In this document: positions 15,601 to 28,000 of the stretch, piece after piece | How the letters are laid out: each line of letters opens with the position of its first letter | Numbering within the stretch: the first letter of the stretch is position 1 | Virus genome (UHGV): UHGV-0279745 | Direction: 5' to 3' (one strand) | DNA length: 64,000 bases | Source of the DNA: a virus | Position numbers and translations under genes: made by a program | Notes under the pieces: model-generated | Seen by the model: only the letters and a program-made list of their open reading frames with translations | The model's database searches: none | Told to the model about the DNA's origin: nothing

Positions 15601-18600
15601 TTAAGATGTAAACATAAGATTGAACTGGAGCTTATCGATATCGCGGGTTTGTGCTGGGTTAACCGCATCGTACGTGGTTGCCACGTAGACCGTTAATGTC
15701 CCGTCAGCAAACGAAGTTTTCACCGGTGGCGTAGTCCCTGTCTGTCCATCAGTTACAATGACGACAGGTTGAGCCGGGAGTTGATGGAACTGACCCTTAA
15801 CCGCTTTATACACCAAACCAGATTGCGCTGATAACTCCGTGTCGGTATAGACGATAAACGGCGTGTCGATATCTGTCTGTTTAATGACAGTGTTCGTCTC
15901 AACGTCAATCAGCTGAACAGCACCGAACTTCGTACGGTAGCTATCGTATTCATTTTTTGGAATGACAAACGTAGCATGTACACGGACTTCTTCGGCGGGC
16001 TTAAATCCGGCGTGTTCTTTTTCCAGATAGCTGTTAGCAGTTAACGTTACTGTCTGTTCAGTCATCGTACCACCAGACTGGTTTAACCCGTAACGAACTT
16101 GGGTTATACCTGTCGGAGCCGCAAGCCTGATTTTTAGTCTACGGTTAGCGGTGCCGGGATTACCAGGCACTCTAACACGCAGGCTCAAAGCCAGATATGC
16201 ATTCGTACCGGTAGTCGGTTTCGTATACGCACCCAACCACTTCATATTCGCGGTTGCCGCTTGACTGTTCTCAGAAGCAGTAGCCGCTACAACGTTTGCA
16301 GCGACCGCTTTCTGCCAGAACTGGTCAGCGCAGTTCTCATACGCTACTCTACCGATACTTTTATAACCTGCATAGGTTTCCTGTATCGGCAGATTGGGGC
16401 GTGTTGTGATCCCGCTCAACGCATTCCATCTCTGACCATCGACATACCCCGCACCATTGCTCGCGGATGCCGTGGGGGCTTTCAGCGGTTGGTTAACCAA
16501 GGTTTGGAGTGGACCCGTTTTTCGATCGTACGCCGCTGCAACGTCGTGCTGATCTCTAACAGCAGCGTGTTCTTCTAATTCACGAACCCTGCCTAACCGT
16601 TTCACTTTATCGATGTTAATAGCAACTATGCGCTTTTTATCGGTTGTAACTGTACCAACAAATAATCGCGAAGTCGTATCCGGCAGCTTTTCCAGCCCGA
16701 TCCGATATTGAGCTTTCGAACCTACAAGAGCAGCATGAACATAGAACGTCTGGTTAGCATGGTTTTCTGGGAATTCGTTGCTTAAATCCACCGACCACGT
16801 CGGTAATGTATAGCTATTACTACCGAAATCTAACCTGACCTCTTCCGTCAAGTATAGAATCCAACCTTCCGCAGTCTCCACGCCTGCAATAATAACCGCC
16901 TGCCCCGCTGTTGAGAATGTGGTATCATTAACGAACTCTTCGACTGTATATGCGTTACCTGAACAGAAAACGCGGTCAGCTTTAGAGAAAATTCGTGCCA
17001 TCTTGTCCCAATTACCCGCACCCATGTAACAACCAGATTCTGGGTTGTGGGCAGGAGCCATCTGACGCAACTGTGACTTACCGGGAACGCGAGTCCAACC
17101 CGACCCAGGGTTAAAGGTATACTTCGCAGCGTAACCCAAAGCATTTAGGTCCCCGATATTCCGTATTGTCAGCGTATAAGGCAACCATAGACCGAAGTTT
17201 ACACCGTCGGCAGAAGCAAAAATTGGCTGGCCTACACGTCGCGTTTTATTGCCCGCTTCTTCCCTCAGAGACTGATAACTTAAGCCGTAATCAAGGTCTA
17301 AGAACCAATCAACGAGTTTGAAAGTAGCCGAGTTAAAACGTAGATAACCGTTTTCTTTGGTCGGACTTACCATGAAGTAATAGATGTCGAGAACTCGACG
17401 TCCGTTACTCAGGGTTTTCATACATGAGACTTGTAATAAGTCGAACTCACAAACAGTGTTAATGCCTAGCAACCAGAGCGCAAACAACGCGTTGCCGCTT
17501 TGGTGTGCTGCACTGATGCGTTCGTTCGCGTAACCGTTTGCTTGACCAGATGGTGCACCGTCGACAATCATCCTAATCATCTTCTGGCGATCCGCTTCCT
17601 CTAACGTCAGCCGTTCTGATGACAGGGCAAAGTTACCGTAGATGTTTCGATATGGGAAGGTTTCCGCTTTCGTCAAATACCAACCGTTTAATTGCCCGTG
17701 ACGCTCCTCAGGAGTCATGCAAGCAGCCATACAGCTTAACTGTTCGTAAAGGGTTGCATCAACTTCTCGACGGTTGTTGTTCGGACCATAACCACTATAT
17801 CCGGGAACGTCATAAGGTTTACTTGGGTCAACTTCTACTTCGATCGTATAGCGGTTGCGCGGATTGGATAGCCAAACCTTATTCGAACCACCAATACCGA
17901 CAGGATGAGAAAGACCGATTGTATAGATAGAACCGCGACCTTTATCCCATGTAAATGTTGCTTCGCCTGAGGTATTGTTTGGGTTATCATAACGCAGATA
18001 ATCAAAAAACTCTTTGCCTTGCGTACTTTTAATAGTAACGTTCGGCATCTGGTCCGCATCGTTAATCTGCCAGCAGGAAAGCATCATTCCCGAGACATTA
18101 GGTTTAGCATACGTCGCAAAACAACGATTGTTTGCTTGGCCGCCACCCCACTTACGACTGGTTTCTACAGTTGAGCCATCCGCGAACGTCAGTGTGGTAG
18201 TATCAACCTTAATGGGGAAACGTTCGGCACCCTCTAACGTAACTCTGCCCGTTAACGTATCGATTGTGAAACTTGTTGACCATTGACGGAAATTAATCGT
18301 CGAACCGTCGGCAGCCGCAAACCACACGGTGGGTACATGGTTCACACGAATCACGCTGTCGCGCACCGCACAAGCATGGCTACATTCTGGACCGTGAACA
18401 AAACTGTGACCGATTGTCCATTTAGCCCGTGCCTCTGGCGGGTAATACGTAAAGAACTGACCAGTCTGCGACTCTTCGGTCTTCTGACCAATTCGTAAAC
18501 AGAGGTTATCTCCGAATTGCCCCATTTCTCCGGTTAGGGTTACACGTTCAAATTCTAACTCAGTATTGTTAGTCAAATCGGCTTTACGTAAACGCCATGC

Positions 18601-20784
18601 CGCCACGGCATAAGCAGAGTTATTTACCGTGGAACGAAGAAGATAAACGTGGTCGTCAACTAACACAACATCGTCGGCTTCTGGCCAAGGATTCCAGGTT
18701 TGTTCCACAGTACCGCTGGGGTTGCCATTACGGTACTTAGGCATTGTAACACGACACACCACCGTGTGTTTACTGTGGTCCATCGAACCATTGAACAACA
18801 CCAAATAACGGTTATTGTCAGAACCCAGACAAATAATCGCTTCCTGACCACCGATCAATATCGCTTTTAAGGTCACCCCAGGGTATTTACTCATCCCAAC
18901 AGGATGGTATTTCACCGAAGTTTGCTGAGGGTTCACAAACACATTCGACGTATTGATATCAGCATAGCCGTAGTAAATAGCCTCTGTACCAGGTACACCA
19001 TTAGAAGCATTACGTAACGAATAAACTTTACCTTGTTGGAATCCTACAACGCCTTTCTGATAGGACTGGTTCTTTGTAAAACCTGAATAATTACCGAGCG
19101 CCGGAATGGGTAAGAAGTTTTTGTTACCGAACTTCGCCCCACCGACAGTCCACGCAGGTAAGATGGTATTCAGTTTATCAGAAACTTTCTTGATCTCTTT
19201 TGCGAACAACCACCCTTGACGCGAAGTGGCAGCTTTATCGTTCGTGGTATCAATCGCATCCCACAACTGTAAGATACCATCCACAGTCGCACTGCCAATC
19301 GGGACATTATCCAAATCGGCGGTAGTGTGCGTGTGCTCCTTCACACTTTTATTTTTCAGCACATTCGCTAACGCTTTTGTTACCGGTTTAGCGATCGGCA
19401 TGGTGTTATCCATCTTATCGATACCGAAATCGGTTTTCGTTAAGGTTAACACCATTTTATCGCCCGTCTTAACAAACCCTTTACCGTTAACCGTATAGTC
19501 ATCGTCAACGTACAGGTCCAAGCGGTCTTTTAATTCGGTCACCGCCTTTTGGGAAATAGCAGTGCCTAGTGCTACGGATGTTGCGATATTCGTAATCGAA
19601 AACACCCCATAAACCGACTCGGTTGCTGTGGGAATATTCGCGTTCAACGTTAGCGGATTAGACTGCTTCGCCGTACCGTACGGTTTTACGCTGTCTGATG
19701 GTTTGAAATAGGCATTCGCTTCAAGTAACGTTACAGACGTCAGGTACATGTTCACCATTTCTGGTGTAACCAAATACACAGAGTTGTAAACCGGCGCTAA
19801 TACATCCTGCTCTGACCCAGAGTGTACCCAAAGCGTATTCAGTCCCGCACTAAATTCAACCGCTAAACCCGATTCGTTGTTGTCCTGGTCCGCTTTAATC
19901 ACTAACGGTTGCGGTGAGGTAATTAACCACTTATCACCACGGATACTGATAATGTGCCCGCCTGCGGTTTTAAACGTCAGTTCGTTACCGTTCGTGCTCC
20001 CCCATCGACCGTAAACAGTGCCGAGGGCTTCACCCATTAACTGATCAACGTCTGACTGCTCAATACCCGCCGAACCCATCAGCGTAGCCAACTCGTCAAT
20101 CGTCAGTCCAAACGCTTTTGTCGCGTCAACAGCACGTCCCAAAACCGGAAGGGCACCAACGTCAGTGGTCGTATACTGGTGTGCGTTAGGATTAAGGTGG
20201 TGTTGGTATAACTCCTCGTCGAAAACCTTTTTACCGTTCTCGTAAATCAGGTTAGTGACTTCGGTAAACGCTGCATCTAACTCTGTTGAACGTTGAACGA
20301 TTTTCTTACGGATGTCGTTTAACGCTTTAACAACCTCATCCCTCAGAATAGCTTCTTCTAAGTTAGCAGGAGGATCGATGGGTTGAATAACTGGCGCATA
20401 CGCCATTAACTCTGACCAGTCCACGTTACGTGGGTCTTTCAGGTCAGTACGAACTAAGAACTTTCCGATTTCAGATTGCGGTACACGATACTGGCGTGCT
20501 ACCCCTAAAATCTCATATTCGATTTCTGTTGCGGTCAGCAACATGAACCCGCCGTAGATCTGATCTTGCTCAGCTTCTGCGAGTTCTTTAAAGTAATAGC
20601 CTAAATAGTAGTCCAACCCCTCAATCAGAGTACGACGTCCGTTAGGCGCGGTATCGTCGGCTACTGTGAGTTTTAATCCGATACGATAAAAAGGTCCTTC
20701 AGGCGGAATGACCACATTAAATCGGTTAGGGTACGTCGCTGTGCTTAACGTACCGTTAAACTGCGCCGCGTCTTCTCTCGGCAT
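15601..20784 (-). CDS. long tail fibre protein (1727 aa)
   Basis: Shared N-terminal fibre domain (PEGPFY...GLDYYL); very large late gene; AGGAG RBS. Confidence 0.85.
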   Translation of the reverse strand: MPREDAAQFNGTLSTATYPNRFNVVIPPEGPFYRIGLKLTVADDTAPNGRRTLIEGLDYYLGYYFKELAEAEQDQIYGGFMLLTATEIEYEILGVARQYRVPQSEIGKFLVRTDLKDPRNVDWSELMAYAPVIQPIDPPANLEEAILRDEVVKALNDIRKKIVQRSTELDAAFTEVTNLIYENGKKVFDEELYQHHLNPNAHQYTTTDVGALPVLGRAVDATKAFGLTIDELATLMGSAGIEQSDVDQLMGEALGTVYGRWGSTNGNELTFKTAGGHIISIRGDKWLITSPQPLVIKADQDNNESGLAVEFSAGLNTLWVHSGSEQDVLAPVYNSVYLVTPEMVNMYLTSVTLLEANAYFKPSDSVKPYGTAKQSNPLTLNANIPTATESVYGVFSITNIATSVALGTAISQKAVTELKDRLDLYVDDDYTVNGKGFVKTGDKMVLTLTKTDFGIDKMDNTMPIAKPVTKALANVLKNKSVKEHTHTTADLDNVPIGSATVDGILQLWDAIDTTNDKAATSRQGWLFAKEIKKVSDKLNTILPAWTVGGAKFGNKNFLPIPALGNYSGFTKNQSYQKGVVGFQQGKVYSLRNASNGVPGTEAIYYGYADINTSNVFVNPQQTSVKYHPVGMSKYPGVTLKAILIGGQEAIICLGSDNNRYLVLFNGSMDHSKHTVVCRVTMPKYRNGNPSGTVEQTWNPWPEADDVVLVDDHVYLLRSTVNNSAYAVAAWRLRKADLTNNTELEFERVTLTGEMGQFGDNLCLRIGQKTEESQTGQFFTYYPPEARAKWTIGHSFVHGPECSHACAVRDSVIRVNHVPTVWFAAADGSTINFRQWSTSFTIDTLTGRVTLEGAERFPIKVDTTTLTFADGSTVETSRKWGGGQANNRCFATYAKPNVSGMMLSCWQINDADQMPNVTIKSTQGKEFFDYLRYDNPNNTSGEATFTWDKGRGSIYTIGLSHPVGIGGSNKVWLSNPRNRYTIEVEVDPSKPYDVPGYSGYGPNNNRREVDATLYEQLSCMAACMTPEERHGQLNGWYLTKAETFPYRNIYGNFALSSERLTLEEADRQKMIRMIVDGAPSGQANGYANERISAAHQSGNALFALWLLGINTVCEFDLLQVSCMKTLSNGRRVLDIYYFMVSPTKENGYLRFNSATFKLVDWFLDLDYGLSYQSLREEAGNKTRRVGQPIFASADGVNFGLWLPYTLTIRNIGDLNALGYAAKYTFNPGSGWTRVPGKSQLRQMAPAHNPESGCYMGAGNWDKMARIFSKADRVFCSGNAYTVEEFVNDTTFSTAGQAVIIAGVETAEGWILYLTEEVRLDFGSNSYTLPTWSVDLSNEFPENHANQTFYVHAALVGSKAQYRIGLEKLPDTTSRLFVGTVTTDKKRIVAINIDKVKRLGRVRELEEHAAVRDQHDVAAAYDRKTGPLQTLVNQPLKAPTASASNGAGYVDGQRWNALSGITTRPNLPIQETYAGYKSIGRVAYENCADQFWQKAVAANVVAATASENSQAATANMKWLGAYTKPTTGTNAYLALSLRVRVPGNPGTANRRLKIRLAAPTGITQVRYGLNQSGGTMTEQTVTLTANSYLEKEHAGFKPAEEVRVHATFVIPKNEYDSYRTKFGAVQLIDVETNTVIKQTDIDTPFIVYTDTELSAQSGLVYKAVKGQFHQLPAQPVVIVTDGQTGTTPPVKTSFADGTLTVYVATTYDAVNPAQTRDIDKLQFNLMFTS

Positions 20785-20794
20785 CGTAAAGACT

Positions 20795-20840
20795 CCTACT
20801 TTTAAATAAAATGGATACCCCTCCCCGTTACAGGGAGGGG
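20795..20840 (-). terminator. terminator between tail-fibre genes (minus-strand orientation)
   Basis: cccctccc-loop-gggagggg hairpin with U-rich tract on the minus-strand downstream side. Confidence 0.5.
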
Positions 20841-20878
20841 TTACCTACGGACACACAACTGCCCGCAGGCAGCCTGTC

Positions 20879-23800
20879 CTAAGTACGATCCCCTAACTGC
20901 TTCCCGTTAAGTTCTCGTTTCAGTACAGCCAAAATCCACTTCCACGCTTTACTCGTGATGTGGTACGGATTGCGTTTCTCCATTAAGAACTGACTTTCGC
21001 CGCTACGGAGTTCGAAGCTCTGCGCATTGAGTTGGTCTTGGCGAACACCTTTCTCGTCAGTGACATCTAACGAACAGGTAAAGTTAAGCTCGTAGCCTTC
21101 AGGATTATTACCCGGTGGTTCTAAGACAATATAAATGTCCTGCCCTACACGTAGGTCCTTTGGCGTAAGGGTAACTGCTTTACCTGTGTCCGCGCTGGTC
21201 GAAAGCGCAAACGGCACGCTATCGATAGCTGATACATACGCGTCCTTCCCAGCATCACCGATAATCACCTTACCCGGCCAGTTACACTTCACCGTTCCTG
21301 TCACTTTTGCAACACGGTACTGCTGTTTATCAGCACCTTGTGCAAAGCGTAAAATGAGTTTATGCCGATACCGGTTTGCGGCAGCTTTGGATGTACTCCA
21401 CTCATTGTTCCAGGATGCATGAAGTTCACCTTTCTTGGCCATCAAAGCACCACGAGACAGCTTACGTGGGAAGAATTGTGCCGGAAGTTGCCCTTCGTGG
21501 GAAATCGCTACACTCCCTTGTCCGGTTGGAAGTGCTATTGTTTCCGTAGGGCAATAATTTAACTCGTACACGTGTGTTGTAGGATCGATCAATTTCTGAT
21601 AGTAATCGCCGTCCTTACTGTCCGCTAACCAACCAACGGAAGAGTCCGTATACGATTCAAACAGTGAACGTAAATAGTGATACTTATCGATATCGATGTT
21701 ACCCGTTTTTGGATCGATCAGGGCATGGTTAATAGTGAGGAAACACTTCTCACTCAAACCATTAAACGCCAGCCCCACTCCGTCGCCGGTAAAATAGTCT
21801 ACCAGGTCAAATGGAAGCGTCATTTCTATTTGTCGCAAGTTGATAGTCGTTGAACCAAACTGCGAAAAAGATAGCGCTAAACGAAGTACACGAGTATTAA
21901 CATTATAACGATAACGAATCATCCCACGCGGCGCATGGTTCGCGGAGATCTTATCACCGTTTGGACCCCACCCAATTAAATCGAGTATTTCGGCGTTTGC
22001 TACTTCACCATTAAACAAAACGTCTTTAGTCGTGATTTCAACTGACGTTTCCCTTCCGGCATCCATCAACATCGAACCGTTATTCAACTCGAAGCTCTTG
22101 TGCCAAACTTCAGAAGTCGAACCAGCACCTACACCCACCTTACAAGTTTTACTAGTAAGGTTAATACGCACATAACGGCGTCCCACTGTACCACCCTGCG
22201 AGCTTGCGCACAAAATAAGATCAGGTGCCGCAGACAGTGCCTTGGTCCCTCCAATGTCATCAACATCGAAAACGAATGAGCCTTCGAACGTTGGTGCGTT
22301 ATTTTCCTTCGGGTTAAATGGCGTGAACCAACAATAAGGCGTCGCGCCCTCGGTTGAGAAAATCAACTCTAAGTCAGATTTAACATTTAATCCGTGGGAA
22401 TAAGAAAAGAGACCGCGACTTAAGGTACAAAGCGTTCCACCGCTTCCGCTACCTAAGGTTTTTCGATATATTAAAGCGCGGGGTTCAGCAATAGCACGGT
22501 TTAATAACGGCAACCGTGGGTTATCCGTTAACGTCCAGTCGACAGAACTGAGTCCGTGTGCTTTACGAGCGTCGATGTGCTCACTAACCTCGGTACTTTT
22601 CCCGAAATCAAACGTAGTTTCAAAACTCACGGTTTTATTCGAGTAAGATTCACCGGCAACAATATCAACGTAGCCGATATAACCGCGCTCAGGGTCAACT
22701 GCAATACTCTGAATTGGCTCAGTACGCGAATACAGAGAGCCTGTGAGCATGTTAACGTACAGATAATGACGAATGCCTACGTGTGTTGTAACGAACTCTT
22801 GGAGAAGCTCTACGTGCGTTTCAGGGCCACTGAAATAAACGGGGTAGTCACCGTCGTAAATTTCGAATTGCACCGCTGCGGATTTAGCCGTGTCGCTACA
22901 CTCAGCTTTAACCGCCACGGTGTAGTTTTCAACGTCTGCTGATGTTTCATACACTGCAACGAGCGGAGACTGGCCTGTGGCTGCCTGGATACCGTTAATG
23001 TAAACTGTAACCGGGCCACCCCCTGCGGCATAAACCCAAAGCTTCGGCTGGCGTGCTCTTACCCGCGTTTTGGCCAACACAGTAACAACTGACTGGTCAC
23101 CCATCTGTGAGGCAGTTTTACCTACCGGAACAGATTGGAAACCCATTAGTGGTGGTTCTTCAATACCTGTCCAGTTAATGCCCTTACCAGCACTCACTTT
23201 CCCCGTAGGCCAAGTCGTCTCAATTTGGTTGTTCGGTGAGAACCAGTTAAACATCGGCGTAGTTTGCAGGTCAATCGAACCTGTAACGGCGCTATCAGCT
23301 TTCGCACCGTTCAGCAAATAGAAATACTTCAAATCTTGAACGGAGATTGCCGTACCCTGACTATTAAAACGCCAGTCTGCACCTTTTACCGCAGCAAAAT
23401 CCGTTACCGACCCTTCTTTCGCGTTTGCAATCGCCGCAGCAACCACATCTAAACGCGCCGAAAGTTCTTTTAAGATGTTCGGTACCACTGCACGGTTTTC
23501 AACCAAACCGTTCTGGTTAGTTGCGTAACGACCGATACCGTAAACGGATTGCGAGGCTTTATAAATGCCTAGTTCCGACCAATCGTGATGGTGACCCGCA
23601 TCCGCTAAGCCGCTAAGCGCCGCATTTAACTCGGTAGACAACGGCTTGTCAACGTCTGCGGTGTTATCCGCTTGCCCTAACCCCAGATCAGCTTTCGTGA
23701 TTGTCCTGGAGCCGTCGTTCATCGGCTTACCGTTAATCATGGTCGTTTTAGCCACATACCCCGATAGGTCAGTCGAGTATGGTGCTAACGACGCCGGTGT

Positions 23801-25081
23801 TGCAGCAACCCCAGTCGTTTCTGTACCTTTACCTGTTTTAAGTTTAGCGACGCCTTTTTCGGCGGTTGTCGCTTTTGTTGGGTCGATAGTCCCGACAATG
23901 GGATCGGCGCGAGAACCTTTACCGGTAAAGCTAATCCCATTACGACCTTCAATGTACACCTTCGAATCGTCAGGGTCGCCACCGCCACCAGAACCCGCAT
24001 CTGGATCTTGTTGGTATTCCATCAACGCCGTGGTAGTCAGTAACGGGTTACCGTTCAGGGTGAGTTTGTTCATCCCTAAAGCATCGCCTGTTGACTCGAT
24101 GCGTAATGTGTTTTTACCGGCACGCCAATTAATGTAACGTCCTGCACCTGTGCCTTCCAGATGTCCTACCGCTAATACCACAGAACCGTTGGATTTTAAC
24201 GTAAAACCATCGTTAGCAAAAATGATTTCGGACTCACCGTTTTTCGAACGGAACTGTGCGCGGTTTCCTGACAGCGTACAGTTAAACACGCCCCGTACTT
24301 CCGAAGAAATCCAGTGAGAGATATACGTGTCGATAACTGACTGGGGTAAACGAAACGCTTTCAGCTCATCCGTCAGTGCTTTCAACTTTAACCCGTAGGC
24401 CATAAAGGTGTCGGGCGTTTTCAAGTTAACAGGATGCGCGTTAATCTGCGCGGATGTGGTTTCGTGCGGGTTCTTCGCTGCGATATGTGCTGGGTAGTTA
24501 AATGCTTCGATTTCTTTACCCAACGCAGTCACTAACGCTTTAACTTCAGCTAATTTGTCTTTAATTAGCTGGTTAGCGTCGTCGGTTTTCAATTCAATAT
24601 CGTGAACTGCCGACGCTAAATATTTTTTGTTCAGCAAATCCGCCCAGGACGTTGCTGCTGGCGTCGCTGGATATAACGATGGTCTACCGTCTAATAACAA
24701 CCAGTCAGCACTGACTGGGTTATTCAAATATTTCACCAGTTCATCGAGAATATCAACAAACGGGTCGTAGAACGTACCGCCGAGCATTTGTCCTTCAAAG
24801 GTTACGATACCCTTGATGGATGGGTTGATAAGGTGTACCCCACAATACACGTTGGCTGCTACCGAGTCATCCAGTTCCGTCAGCTGATATTGCAGTTCGT
24901 AGTCCACCCCACGACTCAGTGGGGTGGTTGAACCTGGTTGTCTGACGACCAAATCTTCAAAGAACGGGCGGTGGTCTAAAATCACCACCCGATCGTTGTT
25001 ATTTTCTGACCCGATGATACGCTCCTCTAAGAAGTGATTCTCGGCTTTCGTCCCCCGAGGATCGTAAGGATACGCTTTCAT
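20879..25081 (-). CDS. long tail fibre protein (~1400 aa)
   Basis: ATG at 25081 with AAGGAG RBS; N-terminal DHRPFF...GVDYEL domain. Confidence 0.85.
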   Translation of the reverse strand: MKAYPYDPRGTKAENHFLEERIIGSENNNDRVVILDHRPFFEDLVVRQPGSTTPLSRGVDYELQYQLTELDDSVAANVYCGVHLINPSIKGIVTFEGQMLGGTFYDPFVDILDELVKYLNNPVSADWLLLDGRPSLYPATPAATSWADLLNKKYLASAVHDIELKTDDANQLIKDKLAEVKALVTALGKEIEAFNYPAHIAAKNPHETTSAQINAHPVNLKTPDTFMAYGLKLKALTDELKAFRLPQSVIDTYISHWISSEVRGVFNCTLSGNRAQFRSKNGESEIIFANDGFTLKSNGSVVLAVGHLEGTGAGRYINWRAGKNTLRIESTGDALGMNKLTLNGNPLLTTTALMEYQQDPDAGSGGGGDPDDSKVYIEGRNGISFTGKGSRADPIVGTIDPTKATTAEKGVAKLKTGKGTETTGVAATPASLAPYSTDLSGYVAKTTMINGKPMNDGSRTITKADLGLGQADNTADVDKPLSTELNAALSGLADAGHHHDWSELGIYKASQSVYGIGRYATNQNGLVENRAVVPNILKELSARLDVVAAAIANAKEGSVTDFAAVKGADWRFNSQGTAISVQDLKYFYLLNGAKADSAVTGSIDLQTTPMFNWFSPNNQIETTWPTGKVSAGKGINWTGIEEPPLMGFQSVPVGKTASQMGDQSVVTVLAKTRVRARQPKLWVYAAGGGPVTVYINGIQAATGQSPLVAVYETSADVENYTVAVKAECSDTAKSAAVQFEIYDGDYPVYFSGPETHVELLQEFVTTHVGIRHYLYVNMLTGSLYSRTEPIQSIAVDPERGYIGYVDIVAGESYSNKTVSFETTFDFGKSTEVSEHIDARKAHGLSSVDWTLTDNPRLPLLNRAIAEPRALIYRKTLGSGSGGTLCTLSRGLFSYSHGLNVKSDLELIFSTEGATPYCWFTPFNPKENNAPTFEGSFVFDVDDIGGTKALSAAPDLILCASSQGGTVGRRYVRINLTSKTCKVGVGAGSTSEVWHKSFELNNGSMLMDAGRETSVEITTKDVLFNGEVANAEILDLIGWGPNGDKISANHAPRGMIRYRYNVNTRVLRLALSFSQFGSTTINLRQIEMTLPFDLVDYFTGDGVGLAFNGLSEKCFLTINHALIDPKTGNIDIDKYHYLRSLFESYTDSSVGWLADSKDGDYYQKLIDPTTHVYELNYCPTETIALPTGQGSVAISHEGQLPAQFFPRKLSRGALMAKKGELHASWNNEWSTSKAAANRYRHKLILRFAQGADKQQYRVAKVTGTVKCNWPGKVIIGDAGKDAYVSAIDSVPFALSTSADTGKAVTLTPKDLRVGQDIYIVLEPPGNNPEGYELNFTCSLDVTDEKGVRQDQLNAQSFELRSGESQFLMEKRNPYHITSKAWKWILAVLKRELNGKQLGDRT

Positions 25082-25094
25082 CAAAAAATTCTCC

Positions 25095-28000
25095 TTAATC
25101 GCGAATGATTACCGCCTGCACTTTATTGTTGGTGTCGATAAACGACATTACGCGCTCCTTGTTAAGATAAGGAGGTATCGGTAACGCAGCGTAATCCGCC
25201 AGGTTGTTATTAAATTCAGTTGCCACTAACGCATTAAGCGTTTCGGGGTCTGAACTGACACCGGTCAATTCCATAACGCGCACACGATTTAATGAGGAAT
25301 AGTTGCTAATATAGTCTAACAACGTACCATAGACTTTATTCGCGGTTGCGCTGTCTGCCGTAGAACGGATGTTGGCACGAACCTCATCCTCATAAAGTCC
25401 CCCTAAACCGTAGTAAATAGGGGTATACGGATCGTTAACGATAGGTGCGATATTGAACCCTGTTAGACGGTCAGTTAGAGGGATTTTCTGCGTAGCTCCC
25501 CCTGCTGCCGTGCAACTTACGTATTTATCAGTCGCAGATAAAAACACCACGATGGTATACGTAGTGCCCGCTAAGGTCAATGTTGCGTTAAACGTTATTG
25601 CGTTATTTGCAGCACGGGTGTGGGTAAACGTTACGTCAGGTTGTAACGTATTCCACGGTGCAGGCGTAACACGCTTCGTTGGTGTGAAACCTAACACTAC
25701 CGATTTCCCGCTACCGAAGTTCAAACCGAACCCTGCGTAACAATATTCACCGTTGCTGTCAGTTAAACGATAACCACGAGTGATAAGTAACGACAACCGC
25801 ATAAACTCGCCGTCGGTGTTTTTCCAACAACCTAAAACAGTTTCTAGCACCGTGCCGGTTTTTGCGTTGCTTTCTGTTTCCCAACTGACTCGCATTCCTG
25901 CGTTCTTAAAAGCTGGGAACATGTTGTGGATAAACCCGTGTAGGTTATCGCTTACCCCTTTCGCGTCAAAAATCCACTTGGATGCGAGCTGGTCGTATTT
26001 CACCCCGTCTAAAGCTTTATACTGCCCACCGGCAACATAACGCCAATCTGCTTCACCGCGTACTACTGCCTGGAGTCCAGAAGCCCAGCAAGGCGCGCCT
26101 ACCGTTAAGTTAGCTAACCCAAGCGCTGCACGTGACGCGGAGCGCTGAATGTGTGCGTTGTCATCGGCTTTATGATCTTTCAGTTCACGGAAATCACCCA
26201 ACCGTGTGACATTACGCATTTCCGTAACGAACACCTCAGAAATGTCGTTAACACCAATCAACCCTACACGCGTCATGGTATCCGTTTCAGCCTGACTGTA
26301 GCTGTCGTGGACAATATACTTCGCTTTGTTGTCAACGATGTCAACAAAAATCCCTGCGTAGATTTCTGTATTCAATTTCGGAAAACGTTCACTGACGTTA
26401 ATCGTCATCAACGGAACGTCGTACGTTTCACCACCGATAAAATACGTTGAAGCTGGAAGCGTGACCAGAATTTTGTCTTTGACCGTAAGGTCTATTAAGT
26501 CGTTACCAGACTCACCAAAACGTATAATGTCAAGACGTGCCTCCGAGTCAACGCCGCCGACAGCGCGCTCCAATTTTTCAATCTGGGAAGTCTGCGCCAT
26601 TACCACACTCCCATCGAGTGCTAAAGTCGCATCATCCACATCCAGACCAAATTTAATCAGACCACGTTGCGCTGTGGTTGCGTTCCCAGTACCAAAAGCG
26701 GTAAACGGGTGTTGGTGAACTTTAGGCGAGTATTTATCTAACTCCGCACGTTGTGCTGTAGAAATCGGTAAATCAACATCAGGCGTATTCGCAACATTAC
26801 CTAAACCAAAGGTAATCTTATCGATAGTGACCGAGCTGGTAAGTTGCATGTCGTTAATGTACGATTTAACTGCAACTAACTTACCGGTGAACTCAGCATC
26901 GAGTTTTTTAATCAGTGCTGGCGTTGCTGCAAGGTTTTCAGCGGTACCGAACTCATCGGTCAACTGCCAAGCTGCCAGAGCTGTTGTATCAGTCGCGGTA
27001 GGGAGAATAAAGGTCGCTACGAACGGCGAGGCTTTTATCCCGCTACCGGTGATCGTAACCGTTGTTGTCGAGTTTGCGTAGAATAAACCTGTACCACCTG
27101 CGGTATTGCCTGGTAGATACGGGGCCACGGTGGTGGGGTCTAAAAGTTTTTTACCACGCCACAACAATCCTCGGTCATCAGGGTATAGCACAAGCTGGTT
27201 AGTACCTGCTTGGAACGTTACGGGGTTGTTACCCACGTTAACATCAGTTGAACCTTGGCCAATAAACTTGATGGATTTCGGATCAACGACAAACTGAGCG
27301 CCTAAACGTGTCTCGTCAACAACATCCGGTGCTTTCTTAATGGTAACCGTGTTACCTTTGTTTTGCGAACTAATGGTAACGGCGTCGGCAACATTATTGA
27401 TCAGCGATTTAAAGTGGTGCTGATTCTCTAATGCTTCTAACGCGGCGTCCATGTTATTGAAGTTAATCCGACCGCTATACGTTTTACTGTTTACGGTAAT
27501 AACGACGTCAAACACATTCCCTGTACGCTTCAGTTGAAAACGTAGCGCAAAATCCCCATCCGGTATTGCCGGATTAGGAGCTTGCGAAATATACCGAACT
27601 GCCGGTACCGGACTACCGTAACCGTGCAACGCCAGTTCGATAGTAAGAGTACCGGACCAGACTTCACCGCTAATCTCTACGTACTTACCGGAGTTACTAC
27701 CAGGATTTTCGTAGAAACGTAAACCAACCCTACCGACCGCTTCATTACCAGACGCTGTTTTACGTCCAGTAACAATAAAGTCAATATCTTGCAGGTTGGC
27801 AGGCACCGCATTAAAGTTAGCACTGAAACCGCTTTTCGCTCCTGTATAACGAAGCGCACCGTGATATCTGTGACCACTACTAACATAGCTTTCGCTAAAA
27901 TAAGGACTCACGTATTTCGACATCGAGACCGGATCAACTTCCGTCGTGAACGAAGTAAAACCCGGAAGTGTGGTAATCGTGCCGTTAACGTTCTTGCTCG

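Noticed and set aside
16261-27297. Numerous 60-190-aa ORFs on the plus strand inside the three large tail-fibre genes (for example 16261-16578, 22556-22942, 23646-24137, 25453-25740, 26827-27081)
   Set aside because: All are antisense to long, well-supported structural genes; lack RBSs; typical spurious ORFs in long coding regions.
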